64,000 nucleotides of DNA, from assembly GCA_027366035.1 (NCBI GenBank), contig DAHXLK010000017.1, forward strand, positions 8,137 through 72,136, read 5' to 3'. The notes below the pieces were generated by a model that had not been told where the DNA came from, did not search any database, and worked only from the letters and a program-made list of their open reading frames with translations. Of the stretch, positions 18,731 through 28,440 are shown in pieces. Positions within the stretch are counted from its first letter, which is position 1. Each line of letters begins with the position of its first letter. A program made the position numbers and the translations under genes. This DNA comes from Chlamydiota bacterium. Lineage in GTDB: Bacteria; Chlamydiota; Chlamydiia; Chlamydiales; SM23-39.

Positions 18731-20608
18731 GTGAACGAGACCCAAATTGAGATCTTTGATAACCCTGCCCTTTCTTCCAAAGAGGCCGAAGATTATAAAA
18801 AAACGATTCGAACTCTGCTCACTCGCCTCCTTCCGCAAGACAGGTTTTTTTTAGCCACATCGGAAGGGGCTAAGCTCACCTGCCTCAAAGAAGCTCAGCC
18901 TATCCTCCTTTGGTCAGAGCTAGCTTTAGCTCCTTGTAACCTCTCTATTAGCTTTCTCTGTCAGCACCGGCTAAATGCCGGCTTTTTTTTCTATGATATG
19001 CTCCATCGCTGGCTGATTCCGCAAAAGAGGATCAATATCGATCTCTTCTTTGCTGCTGATTTTGTCTTTACCGATCTATCTCCCATTCCTTATACGGTCG
19101 GAGAAATCATTATCCGTTTAAAGACCGAGCAAGAAGTCGAAGAGGTCAAAAGGAGTATGAAGGGGATGGATACCGAGCTCCGCTTGGGTCTTGTTTCTAC
19201 CTATCATGCTAACCGTATTTTGGAATTTAAGGGGTTGCCTCCTGATGGTAAAGTGGCGATGATTCAGGAGAAAATTGGTTCCCTCATCCAAAGTAGGTCG
19301 AAAGATTTCGATAAGAGCATCTTTACCCAGATGCAAAAATTTCTTGTCACCTGTGTCGATGAATTTAAAAGTACTAGAGACTACCACCATATCAGTAGGA
19401 TCATCTCGCTCTTTTATCTCATGAGAAAGCTCCTCAAACAAAAAATGGAAGCCTTTCCTCATGAAAGGCACCAGATCTTAAAATTTTTAAAGACCAAATT
19501 ATCGGGAGAAAAGCCGGTATTAGGGATTCTCGTTGGTCTCAACCTACTAAAAGATAATGAGGTTTTCGAAAAAAATCATCTGATGAATGCCATCTTACAC
19601 TCCATTTCCCATGTTCAAGCGGTAGAAAATTCCCTCATTTTAGATAGGAATAAGGAAAATAACATCCAGACCCTCTATCTAGAAATTGAGAAAAAAGATG
19701 GGGCTGATTTTTTTTATGAAGAGATTCAAAAACTAAAAACTTCCCTCCCGGATCGTCTGCATACCCATATTGAATATATGATGCATCCGATCTTTATGCC
19801 GAGGAATGAAGAAGAGATTCTCCGAAATATTATGGCCTTAGCCCGTCAACTTAAGTATGTACAAGACCTACCGCAGGTGATTATCTCTTTTGATGAGCAG
19901 CAAGGAGAAGGGTTAATCTTTACCGCCATCATCCTCCGAATACTGAAGCCAAAAGGGGAAAAGTTGGAAGATGTCCTTAAAAAGAGCAAAGCTTCCATCC
20001 AAGTAGATAGGATTCGAAAGGTAGGGCTGTTAAGGCGTTACTATGCCAAAGAAGCGGCCGTCCTCCGGATGCAGGTGCCCATTAAAAATTATTTTCGATC
20101 TGACCATTCAGTAGATTTGTATAAGGCTCGCAAAGATGTTTTTGCCAAATTAGAAGAGATTTTTGGACAACTTCGCGACTACAATGGGGGGATGATTTAT
20201 CATCAAAATCAACACTTCTTAGCTTTTAAAGAATCGCTTGGGATTTCCGCGGAGACTCAAGAACTTCTCATCCAAAAATTCTTCTTCTCTTTAACTCCCG
20301 ACCATATGAGAAGTGTGGTAGATGTACAGGTTTTAAAGACCCTCTTCACCCTCCTTCTGCAAACCAAGAAAAAAGATGACTGGATCTTCAAAGAAGAGGA
20401 AAAACACCTCTTTACAATCATTCCATTTCAAGATTCTTTTTTGAAGAAGCGGATAGCGCTAGCCATTGAAAAACTGCAAATCCCATCTAGAGAACTCCTC
20501 TCTTTTTCTGTCGACAACCACGAGTATGCAGCCTTTGGCTACCTTTTCTTAACCGATGATCAGGAAAGAAAGAGATTATTTATCCAGACCTTGCAACAAG
20601 TATTGTAA
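18731..20608 (+). CDS. Large hypothetical protein (625 aa), no recognisable domain
   Basis: Long uninterrupted ORF. GTG start directly abuts the lysC-like stop (TAA 18728-18730). Codon usage is like its neighbours. Confidence 0.6.
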   Translation: MNETQIEIFDNPALSSKEAEDYKKTIRTLLTRLLPQDRFFLATSEGAKLTCLKEAQPILLWSELALAPCNLSISFLCQHRLNAGFFFYDMLHRWLIPQKRINIDLFFAADFVFTDLSPIPYTVGEIIIRLKTEQEVEEVKRSMKGMDTELRLGLVSTYHANRILEFKGLPPDGKVAMIQEKIGSLIQSRSKDFDKSIFTQMQKFLVTCVDEFKSTRDYHHISRIISLFYLMRKLLKQKMEAFPHERHQILKFLKTKLSGEKPVLGILVGLNLLKDNEVFEKNHLMNAILHSISHVQAVENSLILDRNKENNIQTLYLEIEKKDGADFFYEEIQKLKTSLPDRLHTHIEYMMHPIFMPRNEEEILRNIMALARQLKYVQDLPQVIISFDEQQGEGLIFTAIILRILKPKGEKLEDVLKKSKASIQVDRIRKVGLLRRYYAKEAAVLRMQVPIKNYFRSDHSVDLYKARKDVFAKLEEIFGQLRDYNGGMIYHQNQHFLAFKESLGISAETQELLIQKFFFSLTPDHMRSVVDVQVLKTLFTLLLQTKKKDDWIFKEEEKHLFTIIPFQDSFLKKRIALAIEKLQIPSRELLSFSVDNHEYAAFGYLFLTDDQERKRLFIQTLQQVL

Positions 20609-20693
20609 ACTCGTCTTAGCAAAATGTACAAAGTCGAGTGACCTTGCCCTCAAAAACTAGTCCGGTTGAGATTGGAGGTTTGTGATCTTTTTA

Positions 20694-20859
20694 GGGACTG
20701 TTTCGATTTCCCATTTGGTTAAAATTTTACCCCTGCTTCTTCGGATTTGACTTTTTTAAAAGTGCCTATACCTTAGTAGGATATGTCACTTTCAAAAAAA
20801 TCAAACCGACTTTGCAAGGCTCAAATTTTAACGGCAAAGCTAAAGATTTCAACAGTCCC
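20694..20859 (-). repeat. Family-A element, copy A4 (inverted orientation)
   Basis: Reverse complement aligns end to end with A2. gggactgtttcgatttcc...aaagatttcaacagtccc. Confidence 0.9.
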
Positions 20860-20899
20860 TTTTTGGGGGCAAGGTCAACATGCCGGGCGCACCTTTGAG

Positions 20900-20987
20900 A
20901 GCTTGTGTGAACACAGACTCTCAAATTTTGCTGCAAAGCTATCAAAAAGGACAATTTTAGCAAGTAAATGGAGTTTCAAAAAAAGTC
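20900..20987. repeat. Family-B palindromic element, half copy (one arm plus centre)
   Basis: tgtgtgaacacagactctcaaattttgctgcaaagctatcaaaaaggacaattttagcaagtaaatggagtttcaaaaaaagtc matches the arms of the full family-B copy at 26104-26267. Its end touches the nadE stop codon. Confidence 0.75.
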
Positions 20988-22624
20988 TAATGCTTCCATC
21001 GCTGAACGATCGGGAATATCCTCCCTTTGCTAAAAGCCCGTTTGGTTACCCGGATTCCGGGAGGAGCTTGCCGCCTTTTGTATTCGGCGTTATGGATTTT
21101 GTTTATGAGTCCTTGTACAAGATCTAACGAAAGTCCCCTTTTCTTGCTGATATCCGTAGCGCTTAAAAGCTCTTCGACATAATCTTCTTGCACCGCATCA
21201 ACAGTGGTATATTCGGGAAGGGTATCGATATCTCTTTGTCCGGGTTTTAGCTCTGCAGTTGGCTCTTTATCTAAAATAGTTTGGGGAATCACCTTCCGGC
21301 GGCGATTGATAAATCTAGCCAGCTGATAGACCTGAGCTTTAGAGACATCATTTAAGACTCCAAGGCCGCCACACATATCGCCATAAAGAGTGGTGTAACC
21401 CATCGCCATCTCCGATTTATTGCCGGTACTCAAGACAATCGATCCAAATTTATTGGAAAAGGCCATTAAGATTATCCCCCTGATGCGAGACTGGAGGTTT
21501 TCTTCGGTAATATCCGGTTTATTTTTAGAAAAATGGGGGGCCAAAGTATCCAGAAAAGATTGAAACAGAGTATCTATAGAGAGATAAAGGAGTTTTATCT
21601 CCAAATTTTTTACAAGAAGGAGCGAATCTTCATAGCTCTCTTTAGAAGAGTAACGGGTAGGGAGAAAAAGGCAGGTGATGTTTTCTTTACCCAAGGCTTT
21701 TTCAGCAATGCAAGCAACCAGGGCTGAATCGATACCTCCGGATAAACCAAGTAGGGCTTTTTTAAAGCCTTGCTTGGAAAAATAATCCTTCACTCCTAAA
21801 ACTAGGGCAGAAAAGAGATCTTCGTAGATATCTTGTTCAAAGGCGATGGGAGATAGCCCCTGTTCCGTATCGATAATAAGATAGTCTTCTACAAACCCTT
21901 TGGCAACTTGGAGAAGCTCTCCTTTACTGCTCATATAAAGGCTGTAGCCATCAAAGATAAGCTGGTCATTCGCCCCTACTTGGTTGCAATAAACGATCGG
22001 ACATTTCAAAGTTTTTGCCGTAGCCGCAAAAGTAATGACCCTAGTATCTCGCTTTTGAAAATAGTAAGGGGAGGCGGAGAGGTTGAGGAGGAGGTCGGGG
22101 GGATTTTCTGCCAACTCTTTAACAGGGTCTCTCCTATAGTGGGTAAATAAAAGGTCCCCTCCATGTTGCCACATATCTTCACAGATAAGGATGGCGATTT
22201 TTTTTCCTTTATACTCGAAGATTTTCTGCTCTTTACCCGGTTCAAAATACCTCCTTTCATCAAAGACATCATAAGTAGGGAGGAGCGTCTTGTCCTTATA
22301 ACCTACCAGCCTGCCGTCGATAATAACTGCCGCTGAGTTAAAGGCCCCTTTTTCTTTCCCCTCCGGATTTTTCCTCGCCAGCCCTATCACAACCATAAGA
22401 TCGCTAGATGCTTTACAAATTTTTGGCATAACTTCTTCCATCTTTTCTAAAAAGCTCGGGTAGAAAAGGAGATCTTCAGGAGGGTAGCCGCAAAGGGTAA
22501 GTTCTGAGAAAAGGACAATATCGGCTTTTTGTTTTTTCCCTTTAGCGATGGCCTGAAAAATTTTTTTGACATTGTAGGTAAAGTCGCCGATGATTAAATT
22601 AAGTTGGGCTACAAAAATACGCAT
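20987..22624 (-). CDS. nadE: Glutamine-dependent NAD+ synthetase (CN-hydrolase + NAD synthase domains)
   Basis: 545-aa ORF. N-terminal nitrilase-like domain (FSELTLCGYPPEDL, ICEDMW). C-terminal PP-loop LGLSGGIDSALVA. Confidence 0.95.
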   Translation of the reverse strand: MRIFVAQLNLIIGDFTYNVKKIFQAIAKGKKQKADIVLFSELTLCGYPPEDLLFYPSFLEKMEEVMPKICKASSDLMVVIGLARKNPEGKEKGAFNSAAVIIDGRLVGYKDKTLLPTYDVFDERRYFEPGKEQKIFEYKGKKIAILICEDMWQHGGDLLFTHYRRDPVKELAENPPDLLLNLSASPYYFQKRDTRVITFAATAKTLKCPIVYCNQVGANDQLIFDGYSLYMSSKGELLQVAKGFVEDYLIIDTEQGLSPIAFEQDIYEDLFSALVLGVKDYFSKQGFKKALLGLSGGIDSALVACIAEKALGKENITCLFLPTRYSSKESYEDSLLLVKNLEIKLLYLSIDTLFQSFLDTLAPHFSKNKPDITEENLQSRIRGIILMAFSNKFGSIVLSTGNKSEMAMGYTTLYGDMCGGLGVLNDVSKAQVYQLARFINRRRKVIPQTILDKEPTAELKPGQRDIDTLPEYTTVDAVQEDYVEELLSATDISKKRGLSLDLVQGLINKIHNAEYKRRQAPPGIRVTKRAFSKGRIFPIVQRWKH

Positions 22625-22647
22625 AATTAATGTAATATATACCTAAT

Positions 22648-23358
22648 ATGGATAAAGAAAGTAAATATTATGGGGTCCATGCCTGCCTGGCGGTATGGAA
22701 AGAAAGGCCTAAAGATATTATCCGCGTCTATGCCCACCCCGGAAAAATAAAGGCTGTCTCTTCCCTTTTAAAATGGTGTGCCAAAGAAAAAAAAGCCTAC
22801 CACATCCTTGAAGATAACGAACTCGAAAAGCTTACCGATTCGGTCCACCATGAAGGGATCTGCCTCCTTGCTAAGGATCCTCCCCATCCTACTTTACAAA
22901 AATGTTTTTCAGAAGATCTCCTCCTCTTTTTAGCAGGGGTCGGAAATCCTCATAATGTCGGCTCTATCTTGAGAACGTGCGCCCATTTTGGCATCCATTA
23001 CCTACTTGGAGATATCCGGCTTACCCCCTCGGCCAAACGGGTTGCGATCGGCGGGGCCGAAAAGGTCGGGGTAATTACCACCCATTCTCCCATAGACACC
23101 CTACAAAAGTTAAAAGCAAAGGGATTTTCTTTGATCGCCGCCTCTTCCGATACAGGGACCTCTCTGTACTCTTTTTCCTTTCCTAAACAATCGGTCCTTC
23201 TTTTAGGTTCGGAAAGTGATGGTCTCACCCCAGACATCCTCTCTTTAACTACACATAGAATCACCATACCCGGCACCAAAAAAGTAGAAAGTTTAAACGT
23301 CTCGGTCGCTGCCGCCCTCTTTTTGGGCGAGCACTTCCGACAAAAAGGAGGCATATGA
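22648..23358 (+). CDS. TrmH/SpoU-family RNA 2'-O-methyltransferase
   Basis: 236-aa ORF. SpoU motifs (NPHNVGSILRTCAHFG, LLLGSESDGL, ITIPGTKKVESLNVSVAAAL). Confidence 0.88.
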   Translation: MDKESKYYGVHACLAVWKERPKDIIRVYAHPGKIKAVSSLLKWCAKEKKAYHILEDNELEKLTDSVHHEGICLLAKDPPHPTLQKCFSEDLLLFLAGVGNPHNVGSILRTCAHFGIHYLLGDIRLTPSAKRVAIGGAEKVGVITTHSPIDTLQKLKAKGFSLIAASSDTGTSLYSFSFPKQSVLLLGSESDGLTPDILSLTTHRITIPGTKKVESLNVSVAAALFLGEHFRQKGGI

Positions 23359-25142
23359 CAACAGGAACCCTTTCGATCCATAGTGAAAATATTTTGCCCA
23401 TCATCAAAAAATGGCTCTATTCTGACAAAGATATTTTCGTTCGTGAACTAGTCAGCAACAGCTCTGATGCTATTCGAAAACTTAAAGTGTTAGGGGTTAG
23501 CGATACCTTTCGAATAACTATTGCTATCGACAAGGAGGAAAAGACCCTTACCTTCTCCGACAATGGGATCGGGATGACAAAAGAGGAAATAGAAAAATAT
23601 ATCACCCAGATCGCCTTTTCCGGAGCCGAGGAGTTTATCGAAAAATATCAGCTCAAAGAAGAGATCATAGGCCATTTCGGTTTAGGATTTTACTCTTCTT
23701 ATATGGTTAGCAAAAAGGTTGCTATCGACACTCTCTCCTATCAAAAAGGGGCCGAGCCGGCTTTTTGGTCCTGTGATGGTTCTTCTACTTATACAATGGA
23801 AAAAGGGACTCGGAGCCAAAGGGGAACTACCATTACCCTCTATATCGATGAAGAGAGTAGCGAATATTTGCAAGAGGGTAAAATTGGAGAAATTTTAAGA
23901 AAGTATTGTCTTTTCTTCCCCTATCCCATCTTTTTTCATGGCAAAGAGATCAATAATAAAGAGCCTCTGTGGCTAAAAAACCCATCCGAGGTCTCTGATA
24001 AGGAATATATCGATTTTTACCACCAGCTTTATCCTTTAGATCCTGCCCCTATCTTTTGGGTCCATCTCAATATCGATTACCCCTTTCACATGAAAGGGAT
24101 ACTCTATTTCCCTAAAATCCACTCCCGTTTCGACTATCAACAAAGTACGATCAAACTCTTCTGTAACAGGGTCTTTGTATCGGATAACTGTAAAGACCTC
24201 CTTCCCGATTACCTGATGGTCTTACGCGGCGCTATCGACAGCCCCGATATTCCATTAAACGTCTCTCGCTCCTATTTACAGATGGATACCACCGTTCGCC
24301 AGTTAGGAAGCCATGTGAGCAAAAAGATTTCTGATAGGCTCTCCTCTCTTTATAAAACGGAAAAAGAGAGATTTATCGAACACTGGCAAGATGTAGAGAT
24401 GATCATCAAATTGGGCATCTTGCAAGACGAGAAGTTCTATGAACGGGTAAAAGAGTTTCTCATTTGGAAGACAAATGGTGGAAATTGGGTCTCTTTAGAA
24501 GAATATATCGCCTCTCACCCGGATAAAAAAATTTATTATACCGGTGAAGAAAAAGATGAGCCCCACCTTCTTGCTGTGTATAAAGAGAAAAAGATCGAGG
24601 TCCTCTACACCCATCCGTTTATCGACACGCCACTTATCAATTTCTTGGAACGTAAGAAGGAAGGGATTAGTTTTCATCGGATCGATTCTCATGTAGACGA
24701 GCTCTTAGATCCGGCTCGTGAAAAAACCCTCCTCGATAGTGAAGGAAAAACCGAAGCGGGACGGATAGCTGATTTTGTCAGAACTTCTCTGAATATCAAA
24801 GACCTAGAGATAGAGGCGAAAAGTCTAGCCAGCGATTCGCTTCCTGCATTTTTGGTTATCGACGAGGGGATGCGGCGGCTTCGCGATTATATGCAAATGA
24901 CAAAGGAGGCCAGCCCCACATTTCCTGATAAGAAAAAATTTGTTATCAATACGAATAATAGCTTTGTCTTAGCCACCTTCCGTTTACAAAAGGACCATCC
25001 GGATATCGCCAAAGCAATAATGAGACAGATCTATGATCTAACCCTTTTTTCACAAAAAGAGTTAGATATAAAAGAAGTCCCTAAGATGATTGCTAGGAAT
25101 ATGGAGGTTATGGAAAAGCTCATACAATTGAAGAAAGGTTGA
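23355..25142 (+). CDS. htpG: Molecular chaperone HtpG (Hsp90)
   Basis: 595-aa ORF. N-terminal GHKL ATPase motifs (LYSDKDIFVRELVSNSSDAIRKL, DNGIGMTKEE, IGHFGLGFYS). Confidence 0.95.
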   Translation: MTTGTLSIHSENILPIIKKWLYSDKDIFVRELVSNSSDAIRKLKVLGVSDTFRITIAIDKEEKTLTFSDNGIGMTKEEIEKYITQIAFSGAEEFIEKYQLKEEIIGHFGLGFYSSYMVSKKVAIDTLSYQKGAEPAFWSCDGSSTYTMEKGTRSQRGTTITLYIDEESSEYLQEGKIGEILRKYCLFFPYPIFFHGKEINNKEPLWLKNPSEVSDKEYIDFYHQLYPLDPAPIFWVHLNIDYPFHMKGILYFPKIHSRFDYQQSTIKLFCNRVFVSDNCKDLLPDYLMVLRGAIDSPDIPLNVSRSYLQMDTTVRQLGSHVSKKISDRLSSLYKTEKERFIEHWQDVEMIIKLGILQDEKFYERVKEFLIWKTNGGNWVSLEEYIASHPDKKIYYTGEEKDEPHLLAVYKEKKIEVLYTHPFIDTPLINFLERKKEGISFHRIDSHVDELLDPAREKTLLDSEGKTEAGRIADFVRTSLNIKDLEIEAKSLASDSLPAFLVIDEGMRRLRDYMQMTKEASPTFPDKKKFVINTNNSFVLATFRLQKDHPDIAKAIMRQIYDLTLFSQKELDIKEVPKMIARNMEVMEKLIQLKKG

Positions 25143-25245
25143 TACGGCCTCAACTGCCCCTACTTAGTCGCCCCTGAAGTATTCCCAACTGCCCCATGAA
25201 AAATTGGCGTAAATTCAATACTTTTTTTGTTGGTTTTTGTAACAT

Positions 25246-25410
25246 GGGACTGTTGAAATCTCCCATTTGGTTAAAATTTTACCCTTGCTTCTCCGAATTT
25301 GATGCTTTTAAAAGTGCTTATACCTTGGTAGGATATGTCGCTTTCAAAAAAATCACACCGGCTTTGAAAGGTTCAAATTTTAACGGAAAAGCGAAGATCG
25401 AAACAGTCTC
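25246..25410 (-). repeat. Family-A element, copy A5 (inverted orientation, right terminus slightly decayed)
   Basis: gggactgttgaaatctcccatttggttaaaattttacccttgc...gaagatcgaaacagtctc aligns to the reverse complement of A2/A3. Confidence 0.88.
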
Positions 25411-25434
25411 AGAATTGCGAAACAAATTAATGGC

Positions 25435-26103
25435 ATGATATACATCCAGTCGATGAAAGCAAAAATTCAGGTCTTCCCCTCGATTCTTGCGGCCGATTTT
25501 TCCAAACTTGGAGAAGAGGCAAAAAGGGTGGAAGAGGCAGGTGCGGATGGGATCCATATCGATATTATGGATGGCCACTTCGTCCCCAATCTGACACTGG
25601 GACCCAAGGCGGTAGCTGCTATCAACCGGAGTACCAATCTCTTTTTAGATGTCCACTTAATGGTTTATAACCCTTTCGACTACATTGAAAGATTTGTAGA
25701 GGCGGGAGCTAACCGGATCACTTTTCATGCAGAAGCTACGGAAAGCATTGAAGATACTATTAACTTTATCCGTAAATGCGGGGCGAAAGTAGGTCTTGCA
25801 TTCAATCCTGAGACTTCCTTTTCGATGGTTCCTGAATTTTTTCATCAAATCGACCTGATCCTTTTGATGACGGTTCATCCTGGATTCGGAGGGCAAAAGT
25901 TTATGCCGGAAGTGCTTGAAAAGATTCAGCTAACCAAGGAGATGATAGATAAGTTAAAACTCAAAGTAGATATCGAGGTGGATGGTGGTATTGATGAAGT
26001 GACTGGGAAGCAGGCTTTTCAAGCAGGGGCTAATATATTAGTGGCAGGGACCTATATTTTTCAGGATAGTGATTTATCTAAAAGAATTGCGAGCTTGCGA
26101 TAA
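25435..26103 (+). CDS. rpe: Ribulose-phosphate 3-epimerase
   Basis: 222-aa ORF. PSILAADF...HIDIMDGHFVPNLT...MTVHPGFGGQKF. The true start is possibly the Met at 25453 (MKAKIQVFPSIL). Confidence 0.95.
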   Translation: MIYIQSMKAKIQVFPSILAADFSKLGEEAKRVEEAGADGIHIDIMDGHFVPNLTLGPKAVAAINRSTNLFLDVHLMVYNPFDYIERFVEAGANRITFHAEATESIEDTINFIRKCGAKVGLAFNPETSFSMVPEFFHQIDLILLMTVHPGFGGQKFMPEVLEKIQLTKEMIDKLKLKVDIEVDGGIDEVTGKQAFQAGANILVAGTYIFQDSDLSKRIASLR

Positions 26104-26267
26104 TAGACTTCTTTCGAAACTCCATTTGCTCGCTAAAATTGTCCTTTTTGACAGCTTTGCCGCAAAATTTTTCAACCATGTGTTCAAACATGCTCTCAAA
26201 ATTTTGCTGCAAAGTTGTACAAAAATTGCTAATTTTATCAAACAAAGCGAGTTTCGAAAGAAGTCTA
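26104..26267. repeat. Family-B long-palindrome element, full copy B1
   Basis: 19-nt perfect terminal inverted repeats tagacttctttcgaaactc (26104-26122) / gagtttcgaaagaagtcta (26249-26267). The arms are imperfect inverted repeats around the centre caaccatgtgttcaaacatgctc. It fills the whole rpe-stop to yvcK-start gap. Confidence 0.85.
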
Positions 26268-27233
26268 ATGAAAAAAATCGTTGTATTAGGTGGTGGAACG
26301 GGGAATTTTGTCGTCTTAAGAGGTCTTAAGCAGTACGAGGTGGATCTGACGGCGATTGTTTCGATGGCAGACGACGGAGGAAGCACCGGCATTTTGCGCG
26401 ATGAACTGGGTGTGTTGCCCCCCGGCGATGTGAGGCAGTGTTTAGTTGCTCTGTCCAATTCCTCAAGACTATTGCGCAGTTTGATGAATTACCGTTTTGA
26501 AAATGGTAATCTTGGAGGGCATAGTTTTGGTAATTTGCTCCTCTCGGCTCTGGAGAAGGTGACGGGGAGTTTTGAAAAGGCGGTCGAAGAAGCGGGAAAA
26601 ATCTTATATATTCGAGGTAAGGTATTGCCGGTTACGACTCACCAGGTACGGCTTAAGATGATTTTGAGCAACCGAAAGGTTTTGGAAGGTGAGAGGGAGA
26701 TCTATTTGTCACAAGAGATCGATAAAGGCTATAAAAGTATCTTTTTAGAGCCCTATCCTCGAGTCAATCCTAGAGTGTTAGATGAGATCAAAAATGCCGA
26801 TCTTATGGTACTGGGGCCCGGCGGACTTCATACATCCATCATCCCCAACTTTTTAGTTGAAGGGGTCACAGAGGCGATTTGTAAAACGCAGGCAACCAAA
26901 GTGTACGTAACTAATCTAATGAATCGAAAAGGACAGACCACCGGATATAAGGTAAGCGATTATCTAAAAGAAATGGTAACTTATCTAGGAAAAGACTGTA
27001 TCGATTATATTTTGGTAAATAATAAAAAACCTGTCGAAGAGCTGATCGCCAGGTATTCCGAAGAAGGGCAGATTGTTGCAAACGATATGGTCAATGATCC
27101 TAGGGTGATCCATGCCGATATGCTAGGAAATTTTGCGGAAGAAAATAAAAGGGATCTCATCAAGCGCTCTTTGATCAGACATGATAGTAAAAAATTGGCT
27201 CAGGAGTTAATGCGTATTGTTAATCATCTTTGA
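26268..27233 (+). CDS. YvcK/CofD-family (UPF0052) gluconeogenesis-factor-like protein
   Basis: Start chosen at MKKIVVLGGGTGNFVVLRGL (ATG 26268) rather than the track's 26139, which reads through repeat B1. Motif VSMADDGGSTG. Confidence 0.88.
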   Translation: MKKIVVLGGGTGNFVVLRGLKQYEVDLTAIVSMADDGGSTGILRDELGVLPPGDVRQCLVALSNSSRLLRSLMNYRFENGNLGGHSFGNLLLSALEKVTGSFEKAVEEAGKILYIRGKVLPVTTHQVRLKMILSNRKVLEGEREIYLSQEIDKGYKSIFLEPYPRVNPRVLDEIKNADLMVLGPGGLHTSIIPNFLVEGVTEAICKTQATKVYVTNLMNRKGQTTGYKVSDYLKEMVTYLGKDCIDYILVNNKKPVEELIARYSEEGQIVANDMVNDPRVIHADMLGNFAEENKRDLIKRSLIRHDSKKLAQELMRIVNHL

Positions 27234-27882
27234 TCTCGATGACACTTTAATCGATACTTCAGGGTCTCTTACCCCGCACCTCTTGGAAAGGGCATTGAAA
27301 AAAATGGTTGATGGGGGCCTTCAAGTAAAAAATTTTTCTACGGCTCTATATATTTTGAAAACCCTCGATAAAAAAACTGCTAGTAGCGAGGAGACGTTAA
27401 AACTTTTTTTAGCTTATACGCGGGCAGATGTAAAGCTTTTAGAAATAGGGCTAAAAGAGATGAATGAGCTCCCTCCTCAGATACAAGTAAAGCCTATCAT
27501 GGGGGCTATAGCTCTTTTGCAAGAGCTTAGAAAAAGTCATCAGCTTGTATTAGTGACGGCCGGCTCGGTAATCTTCCAAAAAGCCAAATGGGAAAATGCT
27601 GGTATTGATAGCAAGGTTTTTAGTAAAATAGCTATTGCAACTAATGGGGTAAAAAAAATTTATTACGAGCAAATTTTACGAGAATTTCATGCTAAGCCTG
27701 CTGAAACTATTGTCATAGGAGATAGGGTCAAAAAAGATCTTAAACCGGCAAAGGATTTAGGATGTTTAACCATTCATATGAAATGGGGAAGGGGGAGGCT
27801 AGCGGAAGGAACAAGTGGAGTCATCGACTATGCCATTTCTAACCTGAATGAGATTCAAGAAATTTTGATGAGGAAATTATGA
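27217..27882 (+). CDS. HAD-superfamily hydrolase
   Basis: 221-aa ORF. Motif I is IIFDLDDTLIDT. Later motifs are LVTAG and GDRVKKDL. Confidence 0.85.
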   Translation: MLIIFDLDDTLIDTSGSLTPHLLERALKKMVDGGLQVKNFSTALYILKTLDKKTASSEETLKLFLAYTRADVKLLEIGLKEMNELPPQIQVKPIMGAIALLQELRKSHQLVLVTAGSVIFQKAKWENAGIDSKVFSKIAIATNGVKKIYYEQILREFHAKPAETIVIGDRVKKDLKPAKDLGCLTIHMKWGRGRLAEGTSGVIDYAISNLNEIQEILMRKL

Positions 27883-28436
27883 CGACAAGCAATCAACTTT
27901 CTCCCGGAATGACAATCCAGATCGATGGGAAGATCTACCGGGTCGAGACGGTAGTAAAAGTAGCGGCTCCTAAAGGTAGCCCTTTCATCAAGACGAAGCT
28001 CCGCAATATGATCACCGACGAGGTGGTTGAAAAGAGTTTTAAGTTGCAGCAAGAGATTAAAGAGGTCTCTTTAGTGGAGCATACGCTGGAGTTTCTCTAT
28101 CCGGAAGGAAAACAATATCTTTTTTTAGATATTGCGAATTTAGAACAAGTTTCGGTTGCCTCAGGTATTTTAGGGGAGAAGATCCACTATCTGAAAGAGG
28201 GGATACAGCTGAAGGCTATGTTTTATGGATCTACGATTTTCTCTGCCGAACTCCCCCAGTTTTTAGAGCTTATGGTAGTGAAGACAGAAGGAGGGAGCGA
28301 AGAGGGGGCTGTTTCCAATACGACAAAGAAAGCGATATTAGAGACAGGTGCAAAAGTCTTGGTCCCCCTATTTATAGAATCGGGCGATATTGTAAAAGTC
28401 GATACGCACGCAGGGGAATACATACAAAGGGTATAA
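27879..28436 (+). CDS. efp: Elongation factor P
   Basis: 185-aa [34 protein letters not shown]... matches the three-domain EF-P layout. Confidence 0.93.
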   Translation: MTTSNQLSPGMTIQIDGKIYRVETVVKVAAPKGSPFIKTKLRNMITDEVVEKSFKLQQEIKEVSLVEHTLEFLYPEGKQYLFLDIANLEQVSVASGILGEKIHYLKEGIQLKAMFYGSTIFSAELPQFLELMVVKTEGGSEEGAVSNTTKKAILETGAKVLVPLFIESGDIVKVDTHAGEYIQRV

Positions 28437-28440
28437 GAGT

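Noticed and set aside
26139-26267. The 43-codon N-terminal extension of the YvcK-like ORF as given in the ORF track.
   Set aside because: The extension is entirely made of repeat B1. The conserved protein begins at MKKIVVLGGGTG (ATG 26268).
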